In this document: in pieces, positions 30,935 through 32,000 of the stretch
Layout of the letters: each line of letters opens with the position of its first letter
How positions within the stretch are numbered: position 1 is the first letter of the stretch
Origin: Crocosphaera subtropica ATCC 51142
GTDB taxonomy: Bacteria; Cyanobacteriota; Cyanobacteriia; Cyanobacteriales; Microcystaceae
NCBI RefSeq assembly: GCF_000017845.1
Contig: NC_010539.1
Location: 1 to 32,000, forward strand
DNA: 32,000 nucleotides
Reading direction: 5' to 3'
Notes under the pieces: generated by a model
Seen by the model: the letters and a program-made list of their open reading frames with translations, nothing else
Told to the model about the DNA's origin: nothing
Database searches by the model: none
Position numbers and translations under genes: made by a program

Positions 30935-32000
30935 TTAACGGGCCACCTTTTTAGACTTACCCTTTTGAGATGAGGCTTTCTCTTGAAGCAAACTTACTCC
31001 TTCAAGAGAATTAGTATTTAACACCCTTTCTGTTAATTTCGCTAACACAGCTTGACGAATTTGCTCATTATCTGGCAGAATATCTAAAATTTGCTGAACG
31101 TATTTCTCTACTTTGTCTTCATTACTATTATCTACCCAAACCATCCGATGGGTTTCCTCCCCATCAGGACGAGTAACCGTAATACGTCGTGCTTCAAACC
31201 CGTCCCCCTTAGCGGCCACTTCTTTCTGCAACGCCTCTAAATTCTTAAACCGTCTAGCAATATCCGATAACTTAACCTCAAACCCCGTGACATCCTTATC
31301 TGTCCAAGACTCAGGGGGTTTATCGGAGATCACCATCACCACTGCTTCTAACCATTCTGAATCAGATTTATCCTCATCAGTGGCAACTTGGACAAAACTG
31401 CGTAAATTCCGTTCTACACACTGCCCTGCTAAATAACTCGCCCTTACTCGCAAATCTTCCCGCAGTTGCTTCTCCTGACTGCGTACCCCAAATGCTTCAT
31501 AGAGTAACTTTTGACAGTCGGTTAACAGGGTTTCATAGGCCGTATTAATTTCCCGTAACGCCTGAACTAAGCGAGTCCGCAGGGTTTTAGCAATGGTTCC
31601 ATCCTCTGCTTCTTCGGTTCCAATGGGGTCTAACCCACAAGCAACAGGAAGACTGGTAAAGATCAGTTCATCGGGTTCAACGGTTGTCTGTAATGCTTTG
31701 AGTACCCCTAATGCTTCTTTACCGAGTCGTTGGGTTTGTTTCGTATATGAGGGAAGTTTTTTGACAAATTGATAGAGAGGAGTCACTACAGTTAGTAAGG
31801 TAGCATTTCGTAGTTTACCTGCTTTTTTCAGCTTAGGATTGCGTAAAATGGACTCTAATTCTTTAAATACCTCTGACCGTAACCCCACCACTTCAAAATA
31901 TTTCACCGCAAAGCGAGACGGATCTTTAACCAATAATTCAAAGTGTTCTGCCCCTAAAATGGCAATAAAAGTCCCGTCTTGATATAACCCCACATCATCA
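30935..32000 (-). CDS. C-terminal ~355 aa of a larger protein truncated by the window edge; function unknown
   Basis: The 'start' given in the track (31993) is a GTG. The frame stays open to position 32000 (upstream codons read ...D-D-V-G-L), so the gene almost certainly continues beyond the window. It is helical and charged, with no catalytic motif that I recognise. Confidence 0.6.
   Translation of the reverse strand, partial: DDVGLYQDGTFIAILGAEHFELLVKDPSRFAVKYFEVVGLRSEVFKELESILRNPKLKKAGKLRNATLLTVVTPLYQFVKKLPSYTKQTQRLGKEALGVLKALQTTVEPDELIFTSLPVACGLDPIGTEEAEDGTIAKTLRTRLVQALREINTAYETLLTDCQKLLYEAFGVRSQEKQLREDLRVRASYLAGQCVERNLRSFVQVATDEDKSDSEWLEAVVMVISDKPPESWTDKDVTGFEVKLSDIARRFKNLEALQKEVAAKGDGFEARRITVTRPDGEETHRMVWVDNSNEDKVEKYVQQILDILPDNEQIRQAVLAKLTERVLNTNSLEGVSLLQEKASSQKGKSKKVAR

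Noticed and set aside
275-31436. Short ORFs (60-118 aa) nested inside or antisense to long genes: 275-478, 1520-1717, 1751-2107, 2753-3055, 5298-5504, 8359-8574, 10579-10770, 12929-13174, 15218-15445, 15252-15434, 15558-15788, 15895-16167, 17331-17531, 19221-19460, 20554-20910, 20958-21146, 21373-21561, 31113-31436.
   Set aside because: Each lies wholly within a much longer ORF that has recognisable motifs. Their translations are low-complexity or Cys/Ser/Leu-rich, as is typical of off-frame reading. None has an obvious RBS or a recognisable domain.
31991-31993. GTG start codon for the last gene, as implied by the ORF track.
   Set aside because: The reading frame is open through the window edge (the upstream codons encode Asp-Asp), and no RBS precedes the GTG. 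It was treated as an internal Val of a truncated gene.
14709-32000. BREX type 4 interpretation. A PAPS-reductase gene is a marker of that subtype, and the truncated gene at 30935-32000 might be a BrxC-like ATPase.
   Set aside because: I see no PglZ/alkaline-phosphatase, Lon-like BrxL, or BrxA/BrxB-sized genes in the window. The genes coupled to the PAPS reductase have an FtsK motor and a desulfurase, which are not BREX components. This cannot be fully excluded without sequence upstream of 32000.
1-32000. tRNA, rRNA, tmRNA, IS elements with terminal inverted repeats, and CRISPR arrays.
   Set aside because: I found no cloverleaf-like or rRNA-like segments, no transposase-like ORFs, and no spaced repeat arrays when reading the intergenic regions. 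A covariance-model scan (tRNAscan-SE, Infernal) would be needed for certainty.

Overview
This window looks like a cyanobacterial plasmid or integrated mobile element. I counted 11 copies of the HIP1 octamer GCGATCGC by eye, where about 0.5 would be expected by chance.

The left third (1-14.6 kb) is a mobile-element backbone with cargo:
- a 1206-aa primase-polymerase-like replication protein, followed by a 1-kb non-coding region
- an HNH nuclease divergent from a parA / ribbon-helix-helix partition pair, with a repeat-rich operator
- a CBS-CP12 fusion and an adenosine-specific-kinase-like gene
- a RuvC-like protein whose first catalytic Asp is replaced by Lys
- a pRiA4b-ORF3-like protein
- a tyrosine recombinase
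- a T5orf172 / Dda-like SF1 helicase / DUF4112 cassette
- a C-terminal integrase remnant

The right part (14.7-32 kb) is one unbroken array of 12 minus-strand genes. Its core (14709-27559) is the most interesting locus. Reading in the direction of transcription, it encodes:
- a short PP-loop PAPS-reductase-family protein
- an ABC-ATPase+Toprim (OLD / fused-PARIS-like) protein
- a P-loop NTPase
- a 561-aa protein of unknown function
- an 1841-aa giant carrying a PD-(D/E)xK motif and a complete FtsK/SpoIIIE motor
- a NifS/IscS-type cysteine desulfurase

The last four genes are translationally coupled (ATGA, TAAATG, ATGA junctions). The three middle genes resemble DptF/G/H, the phosphorothioation-dependent restriction module, in order, size and domain content. 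No dndB, dndD or dndE is present. Instead the locus has sulfur-mobilising and adenylating enzymes plus an ATPase-nickase candidate, so I propose a non-canonical sulfur-based DNA modification-restriction system.

Five tandem signal-peptide genes, two of them clear paralogs, lie between this cluster and a truncated upstream gene.

All family names come from motif recognition by eye. No database search was possible.
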